NCBI RefSeq assembly: GCF_018350175.1 | Contig: NC_058380.1 | Location: forward strand, 1,054,001-1,118,000 | DNA: 64,000 bases | Reading direction: 5' to 3' | Source of the DNA: Felis catus | Lineage: Eukaryota | In this document: piece after piece, positions 26,318 through 37,030 of the stretch | Numbering within the stretch: the first letter of the stretch is position 1 | How the letters are laid out: the number at the start of each line of letters is the position of its first letter | The notes under the pieces: model-generated | Databases searched by the model: none | Told to the model about the DNA's origin: nothing | Seen by the model: only the letters and a program-made list of their open reading frames with translations | Made by a program: the position numbers and the translations under genes

Positions 26318-26433
26318 ACCCCAAGGTGCTGCCGGGGACCCGGCGTGTCCTGGGCTTCTCCCCCATCATCGTCGACAGGCACGTCAGCCGCTTCCTGCTG
26401 GCCTTCCTCACAGATGACCTGGGAGGGCTCTGA
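26318..26433 (+). CDS. CARD19: CARD19 exon 6, terminal coding part
   Basis: tcttccAG|AC acceptor. Encodes DPKVLPGTRRVLGFSPIIVDRHVSRFLLAFLTDDLGGL*. Total CDS is 7+143+154+60+72+116 = 552 nt = 183 aa. Confidence 0.95.
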
Positions 26434-26556
26434 TGACCCTGCCCCCACCAAAGAACCCCGCCTGCCTGCCGAGGGGGCCCCACTTTTCTAAATGTTTATT
26501 TTTCACTATTTATACTTTTTTAAGAAAGTTACCTTCGCCTGACAAAGGTGCTCAAC

Positions 26557-26562
26557 ATTAAA
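26557..26562 (+). terminator. CARD19: CARD19 polyadenylation signal (ATTAAA variant)
   Basis: ATTAAA about 125 nt after the stop, preceded by a U-rich tract (26490-26522) and followed by GT-rich sequence. Confidence 0.6.
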
Positions 26563-29049
26563 TGTTGGAGTCTTGTCGCTTCCCTTGGGAATGTTTTCTG
26601 GATGATTCTGACTTGAGACCCTGTGGTGTCTTGGCTGGCGGGGCTGACTCTGAGGGCTCTCAGTGTCCCACACTCAGCCCGGGGCCAGGTTGCCCCAGGC
26701 TGCCCCAGCCCCCGCTGCCCCTCAGCACCCACCCCCAACATCCCCCCACCTCACCGTCTCCCCAGAAGGTCCCTCCTCTCTTTCCCCTGCTCCCTCCCAC
26801 CGTGCCTCTCCAGAGCCCACACCTCTCACTTGGAGCCCCTCTGTAGTCGTCTGCCTGGCACGCGGTCAGCCCCCACACCCATCCCCCCATCCCTGCCCAT
26901 CACCTCGCCCTTCCCAGCCACCAGCCCAGGTGGGAGGGCTGGGTGGGGGCACTGCCCCGCCATCTGTCAGCCCCTGCCTGGGGCCACGGGGCGGGGGCAC
27001 CAGCTGCACATACCAAGATGCCCCAAGAAGCCCCGTGCCCGTATGTGTTCACTGCACCCTGCGACCCCAGCAGGTGGGGGCTGCATCCCTGCTTTCCTGA
27101 AGAGGATACTGAGGTTACTCAGCCAGGAAAAGGGGGACCTGGCACGTGAGGGGGTCTAAGATTCACCACTGCCTTCATTCTCTTCTGTGATGTGTCCTAA
27201 AGGGACCCTTCACAGCCCCTTGTCCCCATCGAGTCACCAGAGCCAACACCCGGGTCCGGGGCCCTGCCTGACCTCACCCGCCTCTGTCCTGGTAGTGGAG
27301 TCCCTCCCTACCAGGAGGTGAGACCTGGGCTTAATGGGTCTGGGGTGGGTCCATTGGGCCTAGAAATGAGCCCAAGGTCTTGTCCCAGATTCCAGGCAGA
27401 AACTCAGAACAAAACAGTCCACAAAACCTTCTAGAACTTTTAGAGTTGAGAAATGTCATTGTGCCATCCAGGGTCCTGGCCTCTGGCTCCTCCCCACTGC
27501 CCCCACCAGCCTGGGGTTTGCACCAGCCCCCTCATCCTCATCTTGGGGACACTGGCCTAGCCCCTCAACTGGGGTGTCTACACCTGTCTCACCTGCCAGC
27601 CTCAGGCTCAGGATCCCAATGTGGAAACTTCCCCTTGGACATGGGAGGGTAAGTGTGCAAGTCCAAGAGGGCCTGGTGCCCTAGCCTTGGCATTCAGTGT
27701 CACAACCCTGAGGGCCCGGTAAGCCGACTGAGTCGCCTGCGGATTTGCAATCAGGACCTCATGGCACTGCGTCGCCTCTGGGCGCCGTCATTTTCAGTCC
27801 AAAGCCAAGGACCACACAGCCACCGAGATGGGGGTTCCACCCGGCCTCGCCACACATGCATGTGCACCAGGCACAGGCTGGCCCCCAGGGGTCCCTCTCC
27901 CAGTTGCCTCCTCCATCAGCTCCTCCCCCACAGCCCCTTTTTGGGGAAACAGAAGCGTATTTGTCAACCCAAGAATCACCGTGAGTTTGCATTTTCCATG
28001 GGAGGTTTCTGGAGATGCCAGGGCAGGCCACCTCCAGGGACGACAGCTGCTCCCAGGTCTCAAGATGGCAGGGCACGTGTAGGGAAACGGGTGGGGGCAG
28101 AGGGGCCCGGCTCCGGGACGTGGTGTCCCACACACGCAGCCAATTAGCTCCTGGGCTAATTCCCTCATTCCGGCGCCCCGGCTGGATGCCGTGGGACAGC
28201 ATGGCCTGCGCTCACTCTCCACCTCTATGCTGCAGGCCCCGGGGTGTCTCCAAACTGAGCCTCGGTTTGCCCATCTGTACAATGGAGACGCTCCTGTGAG
28301 CACTCCTCGAGCAGGCCCTGGACGGCACTGCTCAGTCCCGTGCTCTTCGCCAGAACTCTCCACGATTTCACCACTTTGTGGGAGCGTCACATGCAGATTT
28401 CTCTCTGGGACATTCCATTGGGTGGAGCGGACACGGCTGCTGGCGCTTGGCCGTGAGGACGCAGGGGCTTCCCTGAGCCACCCGAGCTGAATGGAGCCCC
28501 CACAGCCGAGCCCCACACAGAGCCCCTCTTGACCTTTCCCGGGGCCCAGGAGAGGGACCTGCAGACCTGCCCGCTTCCCTACGGCACTTTGGCGCCTGAC
28601 CAGGGCTGGAGAGACGTCCCGCGTGCCAGGTCCTTGTGTAGACTGCAGAGGCTGGACTGGAGGCCACCTTCCCGCTGGCCCGCCACACCAGAGGCCTGGT
28701 CCCTGCACCCGCTCTGGACTCTGACATCGGGGGCGCCGGAGGTTCCGGAGGTCAGACCCCGAGGCTCAGCTGGGCGGGTCCCCTCACGACAGAGCAAGAT
28801 CCCGATTCCCAGGTTAAATTTCTTTCTGGGCAGGTGCCCTGGGGTGTTTGTTTGTCCTGCTCCCTGAGAGACACAGCTGGCACAAGGTGACGGTAACACC
28901 CTGGTGAAGGTGATGGACACCTGGGTACAAGGGGTGGATGCACCCAGGTCACGGTAAATGAGGCCACTGCGTGAAAGTGCAGGCACGCCGGCCCTCAGGG
29001 GCAAAGAGGTTCCGGCGGGGCTAGAATTTTGCCTCAGCTGAAAACACCT

Positions 29050-29360
29050 GCCATGTTCTGAACAGCCGTGTCCCCCCCAAAATCCGTAATGGTGAAACCT
29101 AACCCCCAAGGTGATGGTGGTGGCAGGTGGGGCCTTTGGGGTGATCGGATCACGAGGATGGAGCCCAACATGGGACTAGTGACCTTGTAAAAGAGACCCC
29201 AGAGAGCCTGCCACGTGAGGACACAGTGAAAACAGGAAGCTGGTCCTCACCAGACACCGAATCTGCTGACGCCTTGACCTCAGATTTCCAGCCTCCTGAA
29301 GTCTGTGTGTGTATAAGCCACACGGTCTATACTCTGTTCTAGCGCCTGAACCAGGACACC
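29050..29360 (+). mobile_element. MaLR LTR (MLT1A/B-like)
   Basis: gtgtccccccaaaatcc...aacctaacccccaaggtgatggt...ggtggggcctttgg...ctcaccagacaccgaatctgctgacgccttga...ttccagcctcc. Confidence 0.75.
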
Positions 29361-30264
29361 GCCTCCGAGGAGATATCCCAGAGGCAGGCCCACAGGCCTG
29401 TGGCAGGTAAGGTCCTCCTGCTGTGTGCCACCCAAGACCTGTGAGGCCGCCACCCCCGAGGGCCCTGTGGTAGGGTTCCCTCCCCTGAGCAGGGGGCAGC
29501 CGGTACCTGTCACAGGCCTCAGGACCCGTGGTGAGCCGTGGTGGTCCAGGGCGCCCGTCCCCCAGCCCTGGCCAAGCAGGCTTCTCCTGACTGCTTTCTC
29601 CTCCTGTCCATGACCCGCCAAGGCCTTGCCCCTGAGCCCGGGCTGTCTGGACCCCTCCCTGGCTACCAGCCTCGATAGGCCCTCCTCTATGACTGGACTC
29701 CATGCCGATGGCTGAGGTCTGCGGTGGCCCAACTGCCTGCCCCACTGGTCAAACCCTGAAAGGCCTCCCCTCCTAGGCTGAGGCTTGGGGGAACAGTGGG
29801 GCATTGATGCTGAGGTTCGGCACCTCCCCCCACCAGGCCCCTGCCCTGCCTACCCCCTGGGCGGTCAGTGCCAGCGACCTGGAATGGATGAAGTCCATCG
29901 GGGCACAGAAGGCCCCACACGTCACGCATTCCCCCACTCCCCCTGCCCTGGCCACTCGAAGCCCTCACTGTTTGTCCCTGTATGCCCACCCCCACACATC
30001 TACAAGCGGAACCGCTCGTGACCCGTGTGTCACACCTTCCACATGCTGTGCCCACAGCTGGAACGCTCTTCCCGGAACCCCCTTGGGTTTAGCCTGAAGA
30101 CGTAAGACGTTGCCTCATCTAGGAAGCCCTTCCAAATACTTCAGTGCCGAGAGTAGGTCCTGATCCAGCCACGGTCGTACTGGAGTGCTGCTCCCACCTC
30201 AGGAAGAGTGCAGGGGCTGGGACAGGCTGCCCGGGGGCAGAGGATCGTTGCCAGGATTTGAGAA

Positions 30265-30450
30265 GCGACAGGAGTGTGAGGATAGTGGAGGAGAGTGAAA
30301 TGAGGTGTGAGGAGGATGTGAGGAGGTGTCCGGAGAGTGGTGAGGTATGTTGAGGCGGGGGGAGGGTGTAAGGGAGTTGTGAAAGGGTGTGTGATGGAGG
30401 CTGTTGGAGAGGTGTGAGAACAGTGTGAGGGGGTGAATGGACAGTGTGAC
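30265..30450. repeat. Low-complexity GA/GT-rich tract
   Basis: Degenerate gtgagg/ggag repeats, almost C-free. Confidence 0.7.
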
Positions 30451-33400
30451 GCAGGGCGCTAGTGAAGGAGGTCTCCTGGTGGAGGGAGTTTGGCCCCGGA
30501 TCCCCCTGCCTCGGGCGGATGTGGTTACGGGCCAGGCGAGGGCACAGGCTGGTGTTTGTGGAGCCGGAAACGCGGCTGCATCTTGCACAACCCAGCGCTC
30601 CCTCCGGGGAGAGGGCGGTGTTGACCCTGCAGGTGTCCGGGCGAAGGCGCTGACGCTGTGGGATCAGAGCGTTACTTCCAGTCCGCCTGGGCCAGCATTC
30701 TGCAATGGGCTGAGGGGTCCTGCTGACCCCGTGTCCTCCCAGCCCTCGGCTCGACCCCAGGCCCGACCAGGCCCCCCGATCAGCCTCTGGCCGGTTGGGC
30801 CCTACAACCCGCTGTCACAAGGACGGGGGAGGGTCCTTCGGTGGTAGCCAGGTGGCGGCCGGGACCCTGAATCTTGTGCCGCCCGGAAGGGGAGGCCGGA
30901 GCCCCGTCTCCCCGCTGAGGGTCTGGGTGGGATCGGGTCGGGGCAGCTTCCTCGGCCCCCACACGGGTCTCCTTAAGTAAACGCTCGAGAGAAAGAGAAA
31001 AACCATCAAAACAGAGTGACCGGACCCAGAGGACACATGTTCCTGGGAGAGGTGGAGGGGCGGGCCTGGCAGAGCTACCTCCTCGCGAGGGGACGCTGCC
31101 CAGGGATGACCCATCTGCCCCCTGTCACCTAGCCTCTGTCGACCACCTGCCAACCTGTCATCCTCGTCCATCCACCCATCACCTCTCTCTCGGGCTGAGC
31201 ACACGCTGCTCTGGCCCCCGCGGCCCCGCGCTCCTGCACCACGGGCCGTGCCCCTCCCGCCTCCAGGTCCCAAGAGGCCCCCTGCCTCCCACCTTCCCCA
31301 GTGTCTCTCCAAGGCTGCCCTCGGTCTCCACAAGCTCATCTCCTCCCCACCCCCGCCCCCTCACTCACTCGTGACCGGACCCGCCTGGCTCACCAGGACC
31401 AGTGAGGGAGGAGGTCTGCAGCAGACATTCACTGGGCACGAACTGTATGCCAGACATGGTGCCAAGGCCACAGGCCACAGGTGGTGGCACCTGCTGGGAG
31501 AGCCAGGCCAGACCCGTGGCCCAGAAACAAGCAGAAGGGAAGGCGTACACGGGGGGCCCTCTCCTCCCCCAGTTCAAGCCTCTCTCTCGGATCCTCAGGG
31601 TGACTGGCCTGTAGGACCCCCCCCTCTCTGGGGGCCGTCCTGGACTTGAGGCAGGCCCGGCCGGGGTGGGCAGGGCTCAGACGCGGGCCCGGGGGGACAC
31701 TATGGATGGCGATGCCAGCCCGTGGCACCCAAGTTGGAGTAGACCCCAGCGGCCTCTGTGACAGTGACTGGCGGAGAGGGTCAGGAGGACCTGCAGGACG
31801 TGAGCCCCACCCTGGAGAGTGGCCACATGCCGAGGCCTGAGATGGGAGTGCATCTGGAGTGAGGGCCGGGGGGCCAGAGGGGCCGCCGAGGCTCGAGCCT
31901 GGGAGCCAGCGGGTGGGGAGGTGTGGGGTGCCGAGGACGGGGTGCTGGGGGGACCAGGGCACACAGACCCACCCACCACCCCTTGCTGTCCCCAGTGCCC
32001 CAGCACCTTCGGAGGCCAGCCCGGCTCGGTGACTGGGGCTCAGTCCAGTCATCTGGGGTTCACCCCTCTGGTGGTGCGCTGACGGACTTCCTGTCCTGGC
32101 CCAGGGAGGGGCTAGGCCATCTGCTGGCCACGTGCATGGTGCCACCCCACGTGACTACCGGCTAGTCCACACCGCAGGCCGCGGGCCACTCTGGGCAACC
32201 CCAGGGGCATTGTGCAGGGCAGGACTGGGCCAGGGGAACATCCCGGGACACTGGAGATGGCCGGGGGAGAGGGGCAAGGGAGACAGAGGGGGTGCACCGG
32301 GTGGGCTGGCAGGAGGGCCAGGTTGCGTAGACAGGTCACAGACGTGAGCCTGACCTCCTGCTGCTTCTGGCAAAAGCCGCGTCAGTCAGCGCAGGTGAGC
32401 TGAGCTCCCGGCAGCAGGAGGAGTGAGCTAGCTACCTGCCCCCCCGCCCCCCACCACCACAGGGCCATTCCCAAGTTTGTGACCTCGGCACCACCAGACC
32501 CCAGGGCTGCCTGCCCCTGCCCGGCGGGGCCCCATCAGCTCCTCTGCGAACACATGTCCACCCTCTGCCCACCTGCCCCTCATGCTTCTTCATGGATTTT
32601 TGTCTCACACATGGATCAGGACACAGACATGCTCACGGGAGCAGAGGGCTGCCCCAGGGCCGCAGCTCCGAGGCCACCAGCCCTTCTCGACCTTGAGTCA
32701 TCCACTTCCTCATGCTTTTTCCTGAGTAAAGCCCAGGACTGGACCACCTTACCCACCAGCACTTCTGTTTATTGATCACTTTGTGCGAGCTGACCACAGT
32801 CACCTGAATATTTGTAGGGAGGGACCTGGGGCCGGAAAGTTTCCCACCTGGAGGACCAGGTGAGGGTCCTGTCACATCAAGGACATGAGGGGGTGCCGGT
32901 GTGGGTTGGGAAAGGGGACGAGGCGGCAGAGCGCGAGGGCTCAGGCCCTGGAGTTCGCAGGGGTGGACTGAGAGAAGAGGGGACTCCAGCCAGCATGGGG
33001 ACCCTCAGGACAGACGCCCTGGAGCCAACACTGGCGCTTCGGGGGTCTCTGTGGGTCATGGCCCACCCAGCACCAGCCCCCCTTCCTTCAGCCCCCTCGG
33101 CCTGATTGGCCAGCAGCACTGGGCACCCCGCAGTGAGCCAGGTTGTAGGTGCAGAGAGGCTGCAGGAAATCTGAGAGTGCTGGAACTTTCCATGAGGCCA
33201 GGGGGTCACGGGCCCAGTGCCCTGAGGGCATATGGTGACACCTGGCTGTCCCTCCGACCCAAGGTCATCCTGCACACTGTCCTTCCAACCTCTTCAGAGG
33301 GTCCAGGTCTTGGCTTCTGACCCCAAAGCCACCAAAGTGGACGAGGGACCAGTGTCCCTCCTGTGGCACTGACACAGCCCCCCAAGCCAGTGGTCCTACA

Positions 33401-33510
33401 CATGCCCTGGCCCCAACGGGCCTGAGGGAGCACCTGGAGGCCCGGGCCTGAGCAGGGGAGTGCGTATGCAGGGTCTGCTGTGCTGTGAAAAGTCTGTGGG
33501 ATGCCTGACA

Positions 33511-33634
33511 GCAGTGTAGACGAGAACACAGCGCACAGACCCGTGGGCGGTGTAGATGAGAACATAGCACACTGGCAGGTCTGCAGTGTAGACAAGAGCG
33601 CAGCGCACAGACACATCTGCAGTGTAGACTGCAG
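33511..33634. repeat. 36-bp minisatellite, about 3.5 copies
   Basis: gcagtgtaga(c/t) recurs at 33511, 33547, 33583 and 33619. Confidence 0.85.
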
Positions 33635-33644
33635 GGCCCAAGAC

Positions 33645-34156
33645 AGGGGAGGAGGTGCATTAGCTTTATTGGTCACTGGTGCTTATAAAAGTGGGGGCTC
33701 TGCCCCATCACTGCTGGTGGAAGGCATGGGCAGGGCCCGTGGCCCAGGGCGCTTGAGGTCCAGAGTCCTGGGTCAGGAAGCACAGACGCCACAGGTCATC
33801 GGCATGGGGGGCTCAAGGCCAGATGCTTGTTGCACTGGCAGAGGGTGGGGGTCTCCTTGTCCCTCTGGAAACGTCCTGAGGCCAACACCGGCCGGGCCTC
33901 TCACCCCCATCCTTGGGCCGCTGTGTGTCCACGCCAGCCACGGCCCTTCCCCAGTTCAGCCTCCTGGGCCCAACTCCAGGGGCCCTGCGCTGGTCTGCAG
34001 GGGCCCAACCACTGGCGGCTCGTCCCAGGACACGGTCTAGCGGGCCCACCCGGGCTCTTCCAGTTTCGGGAAGGGCCTCTCACAGGGACGTGGGCCTCAA
34101 GGGTGAAGCGGCTCCTGGGACCTGGGTGGCTGTGGCCAGGTGCGATCTGGGGGCAT
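33645..34156 (-). other. NINJ1: NINJ1 exon 4 (non-coding 3'UTR exon; ends approximate)
   Basis: Pyrimidine tract cccctcctctccctgctcggcAG with AG at 34158-34157. Internal sequence (ggacacacagc...ctcaggacgtttccagagggacaaggaga) resembles the recalled human NINJ1 3'UTR. Ends after AATAAA. Confidence 0.7.
33665..33670 (-). terminator. NINJ1: NINJ1 polyadenylation signal
   Basis: TTTATT on + equals AATAAA on -, with a GT-rich repeat downstream on -. Confidence 0.8.
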
Positions 34157-35190
34157 CTGCCGAGCAGGGAGAGGAGGGGTGTGAGGGCCACCCTGTCTGG
34201 AGGGGCCTCTGGCTCCATTCTTTTCAGCCCCTGTTGGCAGCGTGTCTGGCATCCAGCCCACGAGCTTTGGAGCCACTACAACTCCAGAGCCAGAAGGGCC
34301 CAATTCTGCCTTGGGCAAGCCTCAGTTTCCCCTCCTGGGTCACTGTCAGGGCTTAAAGGGGGGCCTCAGAGAGCAGACCCGTGTGACCCTCTCTGGGCTG
34401 ATGCTCAGGGAGGGCCAGGACTGTGTTTAATTACAATTAATAAACGGCCTGGTCATCACGCCATGAGCAAGAGAGCAGGCTGGCATCCAGAGGATTCTGG
34501 GGGAGATGGACTTAACAACAAGGCAGGGCCAGCAGGCAGGCAGTGAGCTGGGACTCCCATGGCTGGCCAGTGGGAAATGGACACTCCCAGCCAGGCCACG
34601 TGTGGGCCCTGCTCCCGGGTCCTACCTCCACCTCCGGCTGGCCCCCCTGGAAGTTTTCTTTCATGCACCTGACACATAGGCAGTGTTCAGGCAGCCTGCT
34701 CTCCACTCGGCCGCGGTGCTGGACTGGTGGCTGTCTGTCAGCAGTGCCCACCCCTTCTCTGGGGCGGGCCTGACGAGCAACCTCTGGGCCCCAGGCCACA
34801 CGTACCTGTGGTGTGCGCCCCGGCCAGGGCCCCACGTGCAGCACACATGACACACGCTGGGCCTGCTGACCCGCATTCGCCCTTGAGGCAGCCCCCAGGC
34901 CCCAAAGAGTGCAGGGGCTTCTTTGCTAAGCATGGAACCAGCGTCCCCCGGCCATGGCAGCTCCTGCTCCTGGGTAGGGCAACCCTGGGTGGGTGCTCGC
35001 CTCCGAGCAAGGACAGGGGATGTGCCCGGGGACGGTGCACACGGCCGGAGGTGCCCCACAGGACCGACGCGGGTCACGAGGGTCTGCTCATGGGTCAGCG
35101 GGTGCCCGGGCGGCCTCGCGGTGGAGAGACCCGCCTGGGGCCGGCAGGTGGACGGCAGCAGGTGGGTCCCTCCCTGGCTCACCTGAACCC

Positions 35191-35345
35191 CTACTGCCGG
35201 GGTGCTGCGTCCATCACGGGCTTCTGGACGCCAAAGGCAGTGATGAAGATGTTGACCACGACAATGATGAAGACTAGGCCGGTGGCCAGGTTGTTGAGGA
35301 AGTCCAGCTTGGCATGCTTCGCGGGGTTGTTGAGGTCATACCTGA
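35191..35345 (-). CDS. NINJ1: NINJ1 exon 3 coding part (second TM helix); the exon continues to 35183
   Basis: gcccacAG|TC acceptor. Encodes VRYDLNNPAKHAKLDFLNNLATGLVFIIVVVNIFITAFGVQKPVMDAAPRQ*, TAG at 35193-35191. Donor CAG|GTGAGC lies 8 nt after the stop. Total CDS is 75+226+155 = 456 nt = 151 aa. Confidence 0.96.
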
Positions 35346-35872
35346 CTGTGGGCGGAAGGGAGCCGACGCTGCACCTGGGCCTGCCGCCACGCTCGGACTG
35401 CTTTCCGGGCCTGCGGCCTCAGCCCCGCAGCCCCTTCTCCAAGAACGGAAGCTCAGAGGTGTCCGTCTGGGAGCAGAAGAGACAGCCCGAGGCCCAGGTG
35501 TGGATTTGAGGGCACAACGCGCTGGCGCTGAACGCACCCAGGCAGGCGCCTTTCTGAGCACTGCGGGCAGTGGCCTAGTGACTGTGGCCACGTGGGCCCA
35601 AAGCCCTGCCCTTACTCCCACTTCATGGATGAGGCAACTGAGGCCCGCGGGGGTCAGGTACCTGCCCGAGGTCACACAGCCAGCCCTGGAGGTGAGCCCT
35701 GACCCTCCCCCCCGGGGGAAGGACCACCAGCTAGTCCCCGTAGACCACATTCTCCCGCAGCCTCGCTCGGGTGGGTGGAGGGACAGAGACGGGGGGCCAC
35801 CTCCTGACCGCATGGCTGAGTGGGGGCTGCCCCGGGGCCCTCCCCCGCCGGGGCCCCAGCCCAGGCTCACAC

Positions 35873-36098
35873 CGAGGAAGATGAGCAGCACGCCCACGCC
35901 GATCTGCAGCACGAGGGAGATGGAGATGAGGACCACCAGGGGCACGAAGAAGGCGAAGCCGGGGCCCTGCTCGATGACGGCCTTCAGCTGGGACGCGTTG
36001 GCCATCAGCAGCGCGATGTCCAGCATGCTCTCCGCCGCGCTCTTCTTGTTGGCGTAATGGTTCACGTTAATGGGCCGGTTCCTGCCCCAGCGGGATGG
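35873..36098 (-). CDS. NINJ1: NINJ1 exon 2 (adhesion motif, amphipathic helices, first TM helix)
   Basis: ccccgcAG|CCA acceptor. Encodes PSRWGRNRPINVNHYANKKSAAESMLDIALLMANASQLKAVIEQGPGFAFFVPLVVLISISLVLQIGVGVLLIFL. The frame-preserving donor is G|GTGTGA at 35872. Confidence 0.97.
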
Positions 36099-36539
36099 CT
36101 GCGGGGAGGGGTTGGTCAGCCTGTGCCACCCCCCCGCCCCCCGGCCTGTGCCCCTCCCCACCGCCTGTGCCCCACCCCCCCACTGGGCACGGGATGGGGC
36201 TCCGTGGGGCCTGCAGGCGAGGCCCAGGGCCCCAGAGGGAAGGGCTCCTTGACAGATCAGAGTCCGGACAGGGCTGTGCAGCCCCTGTAAGACAACCCCC
36301 CCCTTCCCGAATCAAGTCCTCTAGGAGACCAAGCTGCAGCCTCAGCACATGTGCTGGTCTGGCCCCGGGTGGAGCCTCTGGCCCCCTGCCTGGCACAACC
36401 CCACCAGGGCCCCCGCCTGCCCTCCTCGGGCCTGGCCGGGCCGGGGGCCAGGGCAGGAAGTGAAGTGTAGGCACCGGAACCCTGCTCGCTCCCCCAGCCA
36501 CCTACCAAAGCGGGGTAGAGTCAAACTGAGCTACTTCTT

Positions 36540-37030
36540 TAATTTTTATGTGTTTACTTTTATTGTATTTTTTTTTTAAGTTTATCTATTTTGGGAGAGA
36601 CAGAGCGGGAGGGGGGCGAACATGAGTGGGGGAGGGGCAGAAAGAGAGGGAGAGAGAGACTCCCAAGCAGGCTCTGTACTGTCAGCGAAGATTCCGACCT
36701 GCGGCTAGAATTGTGAACCGTGAGATCATGACCCGAGCTAAAAGCAAAGCGTCAGGTGCCCAACCAACCAACTGAGCCACCCAGGCGCCCCGAATTTTTA
36801 TTATCATTATTTTTAATTGTTTTAATGTTTGTTTTTGAGAGAGAGAAAGAGACAGAGACAGAGCATGAGCAGGGGAGGGGCAGAGAGAGAGGGAGACTCA
36901 GAATCGGAAGCGGGCTCCAGGCTCCGAGCTGTCAGCACAGAGCCTGACAAGGGGCTCGAACCCACGAACAGTGAGATCACGACCTGAGCAGAAGTCAGAT
37001 GTTTAACGGACTAAGCCACCCAGGCGCCCC
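36540..37030 (-). mobile_element. Two tandem CAN-SINEs in NINJ1 intron 1
   Basis: Heads end at about 36791 and 37030. Confidence 0.9.

Noticed and set aside
27794-28708. 304-aa ORF and many other 150-275 aa Pro/Gly/Arg/Ala-rich ORFs
   Set aside because: Expected in very GC-rich DNA, overlapping on both strands, often with non-ATG starts and no recognisable domains.
35314-36057. 247-aa + strand ORF
   Set aside because: Antisense shadow of NINJ1 exon 2 and intron 2.
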